A stretch of DNA of 64,000 bases from assembly GCF_963921235.1 (NCBI RefSeq), contig NC_086097.1:199456001-199520000 (forward strand), given 5' to 3'. This document shows positions 36,571 through 49,494 of this stretch, in pieces (position 1 is the stretch's first letter; every line of letters starts with the position of its first letter). This DNA is from Mobula hypostoma. Its lineage: Eukaryota. Below the pieces are notes generated by a model. That model did no database searches, had not been told where the DNA came from, and saw nothing but the letters and a program-made list of their open reading frames with translations. The position numbers and the translations under genes were made by a program.

Positions 36571-37667
36571 AACACCTTTATACCTCAATAATATTACATT
36601 GATAGATACTTAAATTTACTGCAGTGTACCCCCATCAAGGAGAGAATGCATGCCTTTGAAATTAGCAGCCAGTTATTTTCAGTGCTGTTCAGATTTAATC
36701 AGTTCTCGTGGTAATATATGGTAGTTCAGTGAGAATATCACAAGTAGAAGTTAGCATCCAGCCTTGCATAATATTTCATACTTACCTAATTCATTTACAG
36801 TTAGGTTTTGAACTTCCTCTGTTTCTACACTCCTTGCTCATCTTCTTAACATTAAAGTTTTCTTTAATTCGAGACAACAAAAGATATTGATATCACATGT
36901 GAGACTGTAAGATTTACAGCTGAACAAAATGAATGAAAACTCCAGCAGGCATGAGCAGGATATAATAATTTACAATAAGATAAAGTAATGTTACAGAGAC
37001 TGAAGCAATGATTTTTGAGGAGAAACAAATATGAAAACACAAATTAGAGAAAATACCTTTCATCTCTTTGCCATTTCAAAATGAAACGTCTCATTTCGAT
37101 CTTCCTCTAAAATTTCATATTTATGAACCACAACATAGGATGCATACCCACACCACGATGTTAATATGATCTGGCTTTTGAATAGCTGCACAGAGGATGT
37201 TGCAATAACGTCAGAGCCTTGCATGAAGATGTTTGTTTGATTTCCTTGAAGCCATCCTTACAGACTTATCTGCAAGTCATATATGATAGTAATGACAGAC
37301 TGAAGCCTGGATCCTGGTACCATGATTTAACCACTGTGCTACTATACATATTCTGCTGCCTTTGGATGTCTTGGGGATCCTCAATAATTCATACATTGTA
37401 CTGCACACACAGCACAGTAAAATGAAATCCTTATGATTGTTGCTGAAGTGCATAAATACATACTTCGATCAAATTAACTAAGGGCTACCTGCAAATTTAT
37501 AGAATGGTGGCATAGTCGGTTCATGAGTGCTTCCTGATTGCAGAGCAGCATGTGTGACTGACAGTGCCTAATTATACTGGCCTTCAGGAACAGGGAAAAA
37601 TGGAGACCCAGGGCTCAATATAAATTTTTGCTTCAGTCAGATAAATTCAAAACAATTTGCTGCAAAT

Positions 37668-37867
37668 CATAAACAGAAGAGATTCTGAAGATGCTGGAAG
37701 TCCAGAGTAACGCACAAAAAATGCTGAAGGAACTTAGCAGGGCAGCAGCATCTATAGAGATGCACAAAGAATCCTTTTGAAGGGTCACAACCCAAAACAT
37801 CGACTCTTGATTCCTTTCCATGGATGCTACTGACCTGCTGAGTTCCTCCAGCATTCTGTGTTTGTTA
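37668..37867. mobile_element. Penelope-derived fold-back insertion
   Basis: Inverted arms aatgctgaaggaacttagcagg / cctgctgagttcctccagcatt; decayed ribozyme core tgaagggtcacaacccaaaacatcgact between them. Confidence 0.78.
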
Positions 37868-38577
37868 ATCGAATATGCAGATTTTTTTTCATTTATTTAT
37901 TTTACTGAACTTAATTTAGAAGTTTATTTAATTTTACTTTTCTGAATTGGTGTCTTAAATATGAATCATTTTAGAATGGAAGAATATGCTGATGTTCAGT
38001 TCTGAGCAAAATTTTTAAAGAATGATGATAAAGGCCTTCACCAGGTATTTAAATGCAATAATAATTAACACCTTTATCCTTCAAGGTCACACTGATAGAT
38101 ATATAAATTTACAGCAGTACACCCTCATTGGTGAAATGAACAACGACTTTGAGTGATTGGGATGCCCTTCAAGTGTATTTGTTTATGACCATTTTGTTGT
38201 TTAGACTGTAAGGTTTTCACCACATGGTTAATGGTCCTGTTCTTTGTGGAGTTGGACCATGCTGTCATATGTATCCTTACAAACTAGAGAAGGGTTTATG
38301 AAACTCTAAACACAAGTTGTCTACAGAAAGTTAAGGGTCTGAAATGCATTAAATTTGGTCTTTACTGCAAATTTAACCTGGAGATATAAATGCACCTGAG
38401 ATTAGATCTACAATTGGTATTTGTATTGAACGAGTAAGAAATGTTTGATTTTTACTTAAGTGCTGTGTGAATAATTAATGCAGTTCGATATAGAGATAAA
38501 AAAATCCCTGTGAGTGTGTGGAATACAATACGAGATTTATAGTGATATCCAGGGGCAACAGTGTGTATAGAAGAGGA

Positions 38578-39075
38578 ACATACATCAAAGTTGCTGGTGA
38601 ACACAGCAGGCCAAGCAGCATCTGTAGGAAGAGGTGCAGTCGACGTTTCAGGCCGAGACCCTTCGTCAGGACTAACTGAAGGAAGAGTGAGTAAGGGATT
38701 TGAAAGTAGGAGGGGGAGGGGGAGATCCAAAATGATAGGAGAAGACAGGAGGGGGAGGGATAGAGCCGAGAGCTGGACAGGTGATAGGCAAAAGGGGATA
38801 CGAGAGGATCATGGGACAGGAGGTCCGGGAAGAAAGACAAGGGGGGGGGTGACCCAGAGGATGGGCAAGAGGTATATTCAGAGGGACAGAGGGAGAAAAA
38901 GGAGAGTGAGAGAAAGAATGTGTGCATAAAAATGAGTAACAGATGGGGTACGAGGGGGAGGTGGGGCCTTAGCGGAAGTTAGAGAAGTCAGTGGCCACAC
39001 ATTTTAATTCCACATCCCATTCCCATTCTGACATGTCTATCCACGGCCTCCTCTACTGTAAAGCAGCAACGACCA
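38578..39075 (-). mobile_element. Penelope-like element 3' part with inverted 5' piece and 14-bp TSD
   Basis: pLTR on the minus strand 38578-38990; 38991-39062 is a plus-oriented GIY-YIG tail (VATHFNSTSHSHSDMSIHGLLYC); direct repeat tgtatagaagagga at 38564-38577 and 39076-39089. Confidence 0.9.
38638..38673 (-). ncRNA. Minimal type-I hammerhead ribozyme motif (intact core)
   Basis: AGUC-CUGACGA-AGG(GUCUCGG)CCU-GAA-ACGU-C^GACU: stem I AGUC/GACU, stem II AGG/CCU, palindromic ACGU in place of stem III, GUC cleavage triplet. Confidence 0.82.
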
Positions 39076-39344
39076 TGTATAGAAGAGGAGTGGTTTAGTC
39101 AAGGGAGTGGTATCCAGTGGCCTGAATGAATGATCTGGAGAGATGGATTGAAATTGTACCTTGCGAACCTTAAATTCAATTAATTAACTTAATCTAAGAT
39201 AAAAAGCCACTACCTTAATAGTGGAGTGCTGATTCACAGAAATTTCTACTTAGCTGCCTTCTGAGACTTTCACCAAGTTCATGGGTATTATTATGCCATG
39301 TCTTTCCTTTAGCAGGGTGACAAAATCTGTACATAATGCTTCTG

Positions 39345-40028
39345 GTCAAGATGGTGCTAAACTGCAGCCTTTTTTGAGGTCGTGGCTCAGATTGAGTGTT
39401 TTTTTTTGAAGAAATAAAATGGTTTTGGAGAATGGAAGAGGAGTAGAGGAGTTAGAGGTCAGACTGGAGTGTAGGCCTGTACTCTGCACTTCGAAAGCCA
39501 GTGATGTGGATCTTTAACGTGGGACATCCATGGATTGATGTTGAGCTGCAACTGCTGTGGACGAAGACCCACAAGAATGAGGGCCCCCCCTCCCCCCACC
39601 GCCAGGTCAGCAGGTTTTGGGATCAGAGGTCCATGTGGGCATGAGACACAAGGGCTGATGATCCCCTATGTACATGGTGGCGAGTCCGGTGTTCAAGGCC
39701 TGGAGATTGGGATAGATACTGAACATCAACGTTCATAGATCAATTAGTAATCTGGAAGTTGAGACCCAATGGTCAAAGCTTGGGTCTACGAGTACAATTG
39801 GGATGCCTGGGTGTCCACGTTAGGCTTTAGGCCCAGGGGCTGGGGTTGGGGGATTGTCTGTGTGTGTGTGTGTAAGTGGGGGGTTTGGAAGGAAGGGAGA
39901 AAAGTGGCTGGTCTTGCTGTTGTTCTGCTGTTCTTGTTGTTCCATGTGTTGTTCCGCAGAACATTATGGGCATGCTATATTTCGATGTACATGTGATAAA
40001 TAAATGAATCTGAACCTGAATTTGAATT
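39345..40028 (+). mobile_element. Non-coding SINE-like/non-autonomous retroelement, decayed
   Basis: Starts caagatggtg; ends tgataaataaatgaatctgaacctgaatttgaat; same architecture as 5585-6262. Confidence 0.55.
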
Positions 40029-40511
40029 AGTGACATGTACATCACATGAATGAATAGATCTGTTTGCACAAAACAGCAGAACGTTGATTTTCAGGCAGAT
40101 AGCTTCTCCATGAGCGACAGTTGTTTAAGATCTGTGGTACATCAGAGAATGGTGATGTTCTGAGTCATAATACTAATTGTAGAATCAGAAAGTGATAAAC
40201 CTGTTTAGTACACAAGGATAACGTAATAGGGATGTGGATGACCTCCCACTAGGGAAGCAGAAGAAGAGAGGACAACTCTCCATGTGATATCACTGTTCCA
40301 ATTGATGCATTCCCTTGGCAAGCCTTTTCTATTCTTTCACCGAGATTGTGCATGCTACAGGCTTTGACTAATTCCGCTCTACAGTATCAGTGAACATAGA
40401 CTTTCATATTAAAATGAAGCTTCATACTTTAGCAGAGGGGTAAACTCTTAGAAAACACTCACAGCATGCTGGAGGAAATCAGCAGGTCAGGCAGCATTAG
40501 TGGAAACAATG

Positions 40512-40547
40512 AGTCGACGTTTTGGGCCGGAACCCTTCGTCAGGACT
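40512..40547 (-). ncRNA. Hammerhead motif, core mutated (GAAA to AAAA)
   Basis: AGUC CUGACGA AGGGUUCCGGCCC AAAAC GUC GACU; G12 is lost. Confidence 0.6.
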
Positions 40548-41162
40548 GAAAAAAGTTCTACACCTGTCCCTATACCTCCTCTCTTGCCACCATTCAGGGC
40601 CCCAAACAGTCCTTCCAGGTGAGACAACACTTCACTTGTGAGTCTGTTGGGGTCATCTATTGCATCCGGTGCTCCCGGTGTGGCCTCCTCAACATCGGTG
40701 AAACCCGACGCAGATTGGGGGATCGCTTTGTCGAGCACCTCCACTCCATCTGCCACAATAGACAGGATCTCCCGGTAGCCACCCACTTCAACTCTGCTTC
40801 CCATTCCCATTCAGATATGTCTATACATGGCCTCCTCTACTGCCATAATGAGGCTAAGCTCAGGTTGGAGGAGCAACACCTCATATACAGTCTAGGTAGT
40901 CTCCAGCCCTTGGTATGAACATAGAATTCTCCAACTTCCAGTAATTCCCTCCCCCTCCATTCCTCTATCCCTATTTCACTCTGCCCCCTCCCCCAGCTGC
41001 CTATCACCTCCCTCATGGTTCCGCCTCCTTCTTCTATTACCCATTGTTTTCCTGCCTATGACATCCCTGCTTCCCCTCCCCCACCCCTTTGTCTTTCAAG
41101 TTACTGGTCTTTCAACTGAACCTACAAGCATTCTTCAAATCCTTACCCCTCCTTCTTTGTTC

Positions 41163-41198
41163 AGTCCTGACGAAGGGTTCCAGTCCGAAACGTTGACT
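41163..41198 (+). ncRNA. Minimal type-I hammerhead ribozyme motif
   Basis: AGUC CUGACGA AGGGUUCCAGUCC GAAAC GUU^GACU; core intact, GUU triplet. Confidence 0.75.
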
Positions 41199-41309
41199 CA
41201 TCGTTTCCACTGATGCTGCCCGACCTGCTGAGTTCCTCCAAATCCCAGTCACCAGGATACTTTCCTCACTTCGGAGGGATAATCTCTATAGCTGCCTATT
41301 GAAACAAAG

Positions 41310-42300
41310 ATTATAAGACCATAATATATAGGAGCAGAAATAGGTCACTCAGCCCATTGAGTCTGCTCAGACATTCCATCTTGGCTGATTTATTATCCCT
41401 CTCAACCCCATTTTCCTGCCTTTTCCACATAATCTTTGGCACCCTGACTAATCAAGAATTTCTCAAACTCCACTTTAAATATACTCAATGACTTGGCCTC
41501 CACAGCTGTCCATGGCAATGAATTCCACAGATTAACCACCCTGTGGCTAAAGAAATTCCTCCTCACCTCTGTTCAAAATGGATGTCCCTCTATTCTGCAG
41601 TTGTACCCATCTGGACCTAGAGTCACCAACTATAGAAAACATCCCCTCTACATCCACGCTATCTATGCTTTTTGATAGGTTCAATGAGATCCCTCCTCAT
41701 TCCTCAAAGCTCCAGCTACTACAAGCCCAGTGCCATCAAATGCTCTTCATATGTTAACCTTTACATTCCCAGAATTATTCTAGTGAACATCCTCTGGACC
41801 CTCGTGAATGCCAGCACATCTCTTCTTAGATGAGGGGCCCAAAACTGTTCACAATACTCCCAGTGAGGTCTGATCAGTGCCTTATAAAGTCTCAGCACCA
41901 TATCCTTGTTCTTATATTCTAAATGAATGTTAGGATTACATTTGCTTTCCTTACCATTGACTGAACCTGCTAGTTAACCTTTAGGGAATTCTGCACAGAG
42001 TCTCCCTAGTCTCTTTGCATCTTGGAGTTCTGAATTTTCTTCCCATTTAGAAAATAGTCTATGCCTTTATTCTTTCTACCAAAGTACATGACCATACACT
42101 TCCCCAGACTGTATTCCATCTGCCACTTCTTTGCCCATTGTCCTAATCTGTCTAAGTCCTTCTGTGGACTTCCTGTTTCCTCAACACTGGCTGCCCCACC
42201 ACCTATCCTTGTATCATCTGCAAACCTGGCCAGAAAGCCACCAATTCCATCATCCAAATCATTGACATAAAATGTGAAAAAGAAGCAGTCCCAATATCGA
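41310..42300 (-). mobile_element. CR1 3' portion
   Basis: RFADDTRIGG...QKDLDRLGQWAKKWQMEYSLGKCMVMYFG; tail at about 41310-41340. Confidence 0.92.
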
Positions 42301-43302
42301 CTTACAGAATTACAGAGGAATCAGAGAGGAGCTGGTCAAAATTGATTGGAAAGGGACACTAGCAGGGATGATGGCAAAATAGTAATGACTGGAGTTACTT
42401 GGGGCAACTAAGAAGGCATAGGACAGATACATCCCAAAGATGAAGAATATTCTAAAGCTTAAAACTTTTTCGATCTTTATAGATTTCTACACTTTAGAAT
42501 GTTAGCATAATATTCATTCTGAGTGAAGTGACTTTAAGAGTATTACAACAGATTGGTAAGCCTTTGTTGGATTTAGAAAAGTAATGTCAGAGATTTGATT
42601 GATAAGGCAGCCACCAGTAATTCCTCAAATCTACTCTTTTGACCATTAGAGAAGCTCAGAGGAGAACAGTAAATCCAAGTAATTGTGTTCTAAAAAGATT
42701 ATTACTTTTGATTTTATAGGGAAGATCATTATGATAAGAGTTCAGTGACTAACAATATTTCTTGTGCTGGATGAAAAAGGTTACACTTGGGTCTTTATTA
42801 CAGCAGGGACAACACAACGCTGCAGTAAGGAGTGATTCTGGATTAGTATTAACACTTTGAGTACTGAACATCCATTGTATGTGAAGTCTGAAAAATGCAC
42901 ACGAATCATCTTGTTTTCTATCATTCTGTACAGATGTTTTCCTTTCACAGTGTAGAATTCTGGTACTGTTCTGGTGAAGAAAGGGAGGTTAGAGTGAAGG
43001 AGACCATCAGAAACTCACTGGCCAGCTTGCCTTCAAAATAATCACTCTGAATCCTTATAATAAAATATTTCTCGTTGTCTCAACTTGAACGTTCACTTAG
43101 TGAACTACCTTTGTCCACACAGTGGGATCTCTCTCCTTAATGTGTTTTCCCTCCTGTCACAACACTTGTTCTTCATTAATTTATCACTGCCAATACCATC
43201 TGCTTATCTGTCTTTCTTTTCTTTTTATTTCCTTTGTACAAACAGAAATACATAAAGTCAGTAGTTTCTTTCACACACAAAGGGTTCCTGGGTGTATACA
43301 TC

Positions 43303-44285
43303 GATAGGTAGATAAATAAGTAGATACTTTATTGATCCCGAAGGAAATTACAGTGTCAGAGTAGTATTACAAATGCACAGAAATAAATATTAGAACAGAA
43401 ATAAAAAAAATAAATAATAAGTTATCACAAACAGTCTAACCGGAGAGGATCATCACTTCCCCAGCTATGGGTTAACTCATTATAGAGCCTGTGTGTGTTG
43501 CTTGGTTTTGAGCATTTGCTGATTTTCTCTTGTTCATTAGAAAGCCCAATGGCCAAGGGTAAGAATGACGTCATACAGTGCTTTTTTGGAGCAGCACAGC
43601 TGTCTTAGTCTATCAGTAAAAGTGCTCCACTGTTTAGCCAAGGGGCAACAGAGGGTGAGAAACATTGTTCAGAATTGCTAGGATTTTCCGTAGGGTCCTT
43701 TGTTCTATCACAGCCTCCAGTATGTCCAATTTGATTCCTATCACAGAGTCAGCTTTTCTAATCAGTTTATTGGGCCTCTTGGTATCACCCGTGTTGATGC
43801 CATTGCCTCAGCACACCACCACATAGCAGAAAATACTGGTGTCAACAGACTGGTAGAACATATGAAGGAGTGGCCTGCATACTCCAAAGGACCTCAGTCT
43901 CATCAGGAAGTAGAGGTGACTCTGGCTCTTCTTGCACACAGCCTCTGTGTTAGTGCTCCATTCAGGTCTGTCCTCCAGGTGCACCCCCAGGTACTTGTAG
44001 GTCCTCAACACATCCACGTCCTCAGCATTAATAGTAACAGGGAGAAATGCAGGCTTAATCTTCCTAAAGCCCATCACCTTCTCCTTTGCATTACTGATGT
44101 TGAGCTGCAGATAATGCAGCTTGCACCATTTGACAAAGTCCTCCACAAGGGCCCTATATTCATCCTCCCGTCCTCTCTTTATAGACCCAACTATTGCTGA
44201 GTCATCAGAGAATTTCTGCAGATGACATGAATCAGTGTCATATTTAAAGGCCGAGGTATACAGGGTAAACAGGAAGAGAGCCAAT
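43303..44285 (-). mobile_element. Rex1/Babar 3' portion
   Basis: ORF 43808-44299 LFTLYTS...HLQKFSDDSAIVG...YKYLGVHL...LYFLMRLRSFGV; (TATC)-like tail at 43303-43326. Confidence 0.9.
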
Positions 44286-44289
44286 ACAT

Positions 44290-45395
44290 AAAACTCCAAG
44301 GTCTTAAGATAAATAAGTCACCTGGGCCAGATGGACTACATCCCAGAGTCCTGAAAGAGGTTGCTGAAGAGATAACGGATGCACTAGTCATGATCTTTCT
44401 GGCATGGTCCCAGAGGATTAGAAGATTGCAAACGTCATTCCACTCTTTAAGAAGGGAGGAAGGCAAAAGAAATGAAATTATAGGTCAGTTCGCCTAACCT
44501 CAGTGGTTGTGTGTCTATTAATAGAGTTACTTGGAGACTAATCTTATTAAGAAGCTTAATGTAAAATAACTCTTAAGAGACAGTTATCATAATATGATTG
44601 AATTCATACTGCATTTTGAGAGGGAGAAGTATAAGTCACATGTATCACTATCGCAATGGAATAAAGGGAATTACAGAGGCATGAGAGAGGAGCTTGCCCA
44701 GGTGGATTGGAGGGGGACACTGGCAGGATTGACAGCAGAACAAAGGTATAGCTCACAAGGTGCAACATAGACAAGTCCCACTGAAGAAGAGTTCTCAAAC
44801 GGTAGGGGTGGGCAACCGTGGCAGACTAGGGAAGTTAAGGACTGCATAGGCTTTACAAGGCACTAGTCAGGCTACACTTGGAGTATTGTGAACAGTTTTG
44901 GGCCCCATGTCTCAGAAAGGACGTGTTCTCATTGGAGAGAGTCCAGAGGAGATTCTGGAGGATGATTTCAGGAATTAAGAGGTTAACATATGAGGAACAT
45001 TTGGCAGCTTTGGGCCTGTGCTCACTGGAATTTAGAAGAATGCAGGGGGATCTCACTGAAACCTACGAAATGTTGAAAGGACTAGATAAGGTGGATGTGG
45101 AGAGAATATTTCCTATAGTGGGGGTATCCAGAACTAGAGAGCACAGCCTCAAAATTGAGGGACAAGCAGTAAATCTGTGGAATGCTCTGCCACAGACTGT
45201 GGTGGAGGCCAAGTCTGTGCATATATTTAAGGCAAAAGTTGATAGTTTCTTGTTTGGTCAGGGCTTCAAAGGATATTGTGAAAAGGCAGGTGTATGGGGT
45301 TGAGTGGAATCTGGAATCTACCATGATGGGATGGTGGAGCAGACTAGTTGGGCTGAATGGCCTAATTCTGCTCCAATGTCCTATCATCTTATAGG
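44290..45395 (+). mobile_element. CR1 fragments (rearranged) with 3' end
   Basis: KSPGPDGLHPRVLKEV-encoding DNA at 44315-44365; ORF 44878-45303 EYCEQFWAPCLRKDVFSLERVQRRF. Confidence 0.9.
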
Positions 45396-47619
45396 TTTAT
45401 AATGAGACTTCTGATTTTAGAAAGAAATATCAAGCATATGAGAATATAAGAATGAGGTGTAGGATAAGCCAGCTAGCCTTTTGAGTCTGTCTGCCATTGA
45501 TCATCAATGTGGCAGATCTACTTCAGAGTTATTTACCTACTTATTCTATTTCCATTTCCCTTGGTGCCTTTAACAGCCGGAGATCCATTTATCTCAGTTT
45601 TTAATGTACTGAGTGATGAATCTTCTTCAGTTCTTCAGGAAGGAGTAATACAAAGTTTCACCACCCAATGCAGAATATCTCCTCTTTTCAGACCTGAAGG
45701 TCTAACTGTTTATCATAAGTCTGTGCCCATTGTTAACAAGGTAGCCTTAGCACCCACACTACCACATTCTGGTAGTTAAAACCCTATAACCATCAAGCTT
45801 CTGAACAGACGTGGATAACTTCATTCATCACTACTCTGAACTGATGATATGGCTTATAGGCTCACTTTCAAGGATTCTCTTCAATTTATGTTCTGAATAT
45901 TACTTTTACTTGCACGGTTTTTTTACATATTGGCTATATGTTAGTTTTCATGTATAGTTTTTATCATAAAATTCTATTGTGTTTCTTTTTTCCTGTAAAT
46001 ACTGGCATGAAGATGAATCTCAAGGAAGTATATGGCAACATATATGTTCTTTGATAATAAATTTACCTCAAACCTTGAATTACTTCTGTATTCCTCATCC
46101 AGGTAAAACATCATCAATAATTTCACCCTGTAAGAAGTTTTTAAGTTCAGTTTTTCTTCTAAACTTAGAGAGTACAACACTAGCCTTTGCAGTCCCAAAC
46201 AGCAAACTTGCCATTGCAGAAACTGATCCAGTATATTTACATTGCACTTCCTTTTTGCCAATTCTATGCTTTTTCTACCAATAGAGATCAAACCAGTGCA
46301 CAGTACTCCAAGTGATATATAATATATAGTATAAATATATCTAAAATATATAACATAATTTACAATGATTATTATATGTAATTATATATCTGTATATATA
46401 ATATAATTATACCAAGGTTCTATATAATTATAAAAACCTTGGCAGATGTATTGCAAATATTAGTCATATTTCATTTCAGGACTAATCAAAAGCCATGTCT
46501 AATTTTTCAGAGACATCAACAGAGCAGTTATACCTTAAGCCTTAGCACCACTAATGCGGTATTATATCTGTTTTAAACTGCAGCAAACTTCACTGTATTT
46601 AATACTGACAATCAGCAAAATACCTATGACAGACTGAAAGTATTCTGGTTATATTATTAGTCATTATTATTAGTATTTTCCCAAACTAAAACTCCTTAAA
46701 ATTAAGAGCAGGTTTAGAAAAAGAGCCCCAGGTGTAATCATACGCACAGAGTGACACCTGGTACTCTCAATGTCCCATGCAACCTGCAGTTCATACAGCA
46801 GATGGTGCAAACTTGAATCTCTCTTTCTCACTGGAGCTAGTTTGTTCAGGTCATTTTGTTGATGCAAGATCAACAAAAATTATTGTTGATATCTTGGAAG
46901 TGCAGCCAATCAGGCAATGTCAGCTGTTCAGCACTCCGGCCTTCTGTTATGCCTAGTATTTGATAATATGACATTCTGTGATTGCAGTCTGAGGAAATAA
47001 CCATTATTGTATATCAGCAGGCATTTATTTACTATATCTTTGTGATGCATGATACCTGTACATGAAATTTTACTTTGACACCAACAATGTGTTCTAAAGT
47101 TAGTACCTTATTGGAGCACTGGTATAAACTCTTAATTCCTAACTTACAGAGACAGCTCCTTAGCACAGAAGAATGCCTCATGATGGACCATTGACTGTCC
47201 TTTTCCGTGATCGTATGGTCAAGCGCATATACATCAGGATGGACAGCAGCGGTGGTAGTGAGTCATGTACAATGGCTGAAATAGGACCTCCCACGCATTT
47301 GTGGGACTATAGAACTTAGGTTTATGCATCCCACTGTACATTAAAAAGAAGCATATTATGGTTATGTTATTCAAGTTACCAGGAGATCCCTTTCTCATTC
47401 ACAACAGTGTTTAAAGGCTCAAGAAAACTGCATTTGCTGGATGTGAATTTACTCCAACCATCAGTTCAGCAGTTCCTGCATTTTTCAGCATAACTGCCAA
47501 CATTGCTTAGATTAGCAGTCCATTGTGGACCATTAGTCCATCCTTATACCCCAGAATTTCCACAATAGCTGTCCTGGTATACTTTATAAGCTCCGGCCAC
47601 TGGTGTCATAGGGGGGCGG

Positions 47620-47935
47620 TAGTCAGTATATAAGCATGGCAGCATCAAAACTCCAGGGACCTGGGTTTGATCCTGACCTCAGGTGTTGTGTGGAGATTGA
47701 ACATTCTCACTTTTATTAAATCGGTTTCCTCCACATGCTCTGGTCTCCTCCTACATCTGAAAGTTGTGTAGATAGGTTAGTGATAAAAAGAATCAATAGT
47801 GAGTTGTTAAGCAAGAGAGAGAACAAGTTTCATGTTTAGAGGGAAATAAGGGCTGGGGGAATAGGTTGCTTTCTTGGAGTGGTTTAGCATGGATTAAATA
47901 TGCTGAAAGAACTCCTTTGATTCCATAATGACTGT
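47620..47935 (+). mobile_element. HE1/V-SINE-like SINE, decayed
   Basis: gggacctgggtttgatcctgacctcaggtg...tgtggag...acattctc core. Confidence 0.7.
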
Positions 47936-49494
47936 TCAACAGGTAAGTTTTACACATGTGAAAAACAAATATAAATTCAGAATATCTCAGAATCACACAC
48001 AAATGCTGGAGGAACTCAGGAGGTCAGGCAGCATCTCAGGGGTCACAAAGGGGGAGCAGTGAGAGAGGGTCCCACTGAACTCCTGTCAAAGAGCACATTT
48101 ACACTTCTTCAGGGTAGGCACACCTCGAAAAGACTTCGCAGTGGACAGCCAATAAGAGACACAAGAGATTGTGCAGATGCTGGAAATCCAGAGCAACACA
48201 CACAAAATACTAGAGGAACTCAGCAGGTCAGGCGGTAATTGTTATAGGTGTTCCTTGGAGCAGCAGATAAACACATGATTCATAGGAGTCTGGAACACAA
48301 GTTATCCATGTATGAAAGATTAAGTTTGCTCTTCCACCTCAGGAGGAAGGGAGAATACAAATAGCAAGTCTGTCACCTGCACTGAGTGTTCTTTCTGTCG
48401 GAAAATGAGATGAATGCTTTTTATGTGGTCCATGACTGTTCTGGTTTCAAAATTCATTACAAAGAGCAGAGTGATTAAGGTTCTAAAAACAAAGGAAGTA
48501 AACAGGAAAAAGTGGATGGCTAGGATCTAAGAAACAAGAATGAAAACTGCAACAAAACTTTGACCATGAACATTGCTTGAAAGTAAATGAATATTGCTTG
48601 AAAGTAGTGAAATCATTGAGCATTCCTCATGTTCATTTATGTCACTGAATGGAATGCAATTGAACGCACTGCAACCAAGCTGTAAGTATGAGCACTGGAT
48701 ATACATGACACTAATCTACATACTGAAACTATATTAAAGTATTATAACTACTGAAAAGTTACAGCATTTCCATGTTTTGGAAAACAGATGTCAATGTGAA
48801 TTCCATATTAAGGTATGTTTCTATCAGTGACTTGATCTTGAAATTTATTCCAGTATATAAATCCAAGGCTGGCCTTACTCCTCTTTTCGAAGAATGAAAA
48901 CAATTAAATGGGAATGGAAGTACCTTTAGACATAACAACTTCATTTCCTATCTCTTGGTATAAAGAAACAATTATCACCTCCCCCCCCCCACCAACCACC
49001 AAGCATTTAAGATATTTTACTGAATTATCTTTAGTGTGATTCAATGTGCTTTGTCTATCTGCTTAACCAGGCCTTCATCTCATACATACTTTGCTTAGTT
49101 CTGTTGTGCAAGTGATTCATTGATTTATAAGGAAAGCATTCCAAGATATCAAATGGTTTTCTGTGCCACTACCCTCCATTTGACAAGTTTTGTGAGCAGA
49201 ACTTGTTCCTCCTGAAGACCCTCCCTTGATTGAAATTTCTGAGAGGGGTTCACCATCGCTATCTATTGCTAAGATACGCAATTGTCCTGCTTTTGTTTTA
49301 TGCTTCTCCATGAAGAAGAACTTTCTGGGCAAAGCCTCCGAGACTCAATTGATGTAGCCCTGCTGGAAGCCAGGAACGTGTGTGACTTTGTCAGGACACT
49401 TGGGTGGGCCAAAAATAATTCTGAACTGCGCTAGGCAAAGAAAACTTCTGACTAATAGCAAAGTTAGCTACTACCTGGGAATGTCTCTAGTACC

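Larger units (their letters stand above)
40452..41240 (+). mobile_element. Penelope-like element: inverted partial pLTR + GIY-YIG endonuclease + pLTR
   Basis: ORF 40619-40918 FTCESVGVIYCIRCSRCGLLNIGETRRRLGDRFVEHL (GIY-YIG with CxxC); inverted repeats at about 40468-40550 and 41160-41239. Confidence 0.93.

Noticed and set aside
40619..40918. UvrC-like or homing endonuclease gene
   Set aside because: Flanked by Penelope pLTRs, 5'-truncated, and the YIG motif is mutated to NIG.
46865..46896. Small hairpin caagatcaacaa...ttgttgatatcttg
   Set aside because: Short, AT-rich and imperfect; expected by chance.
49117..49332. 71-aa minus-strand ORF
   Set aside because: No homology and no supporting splice sites.
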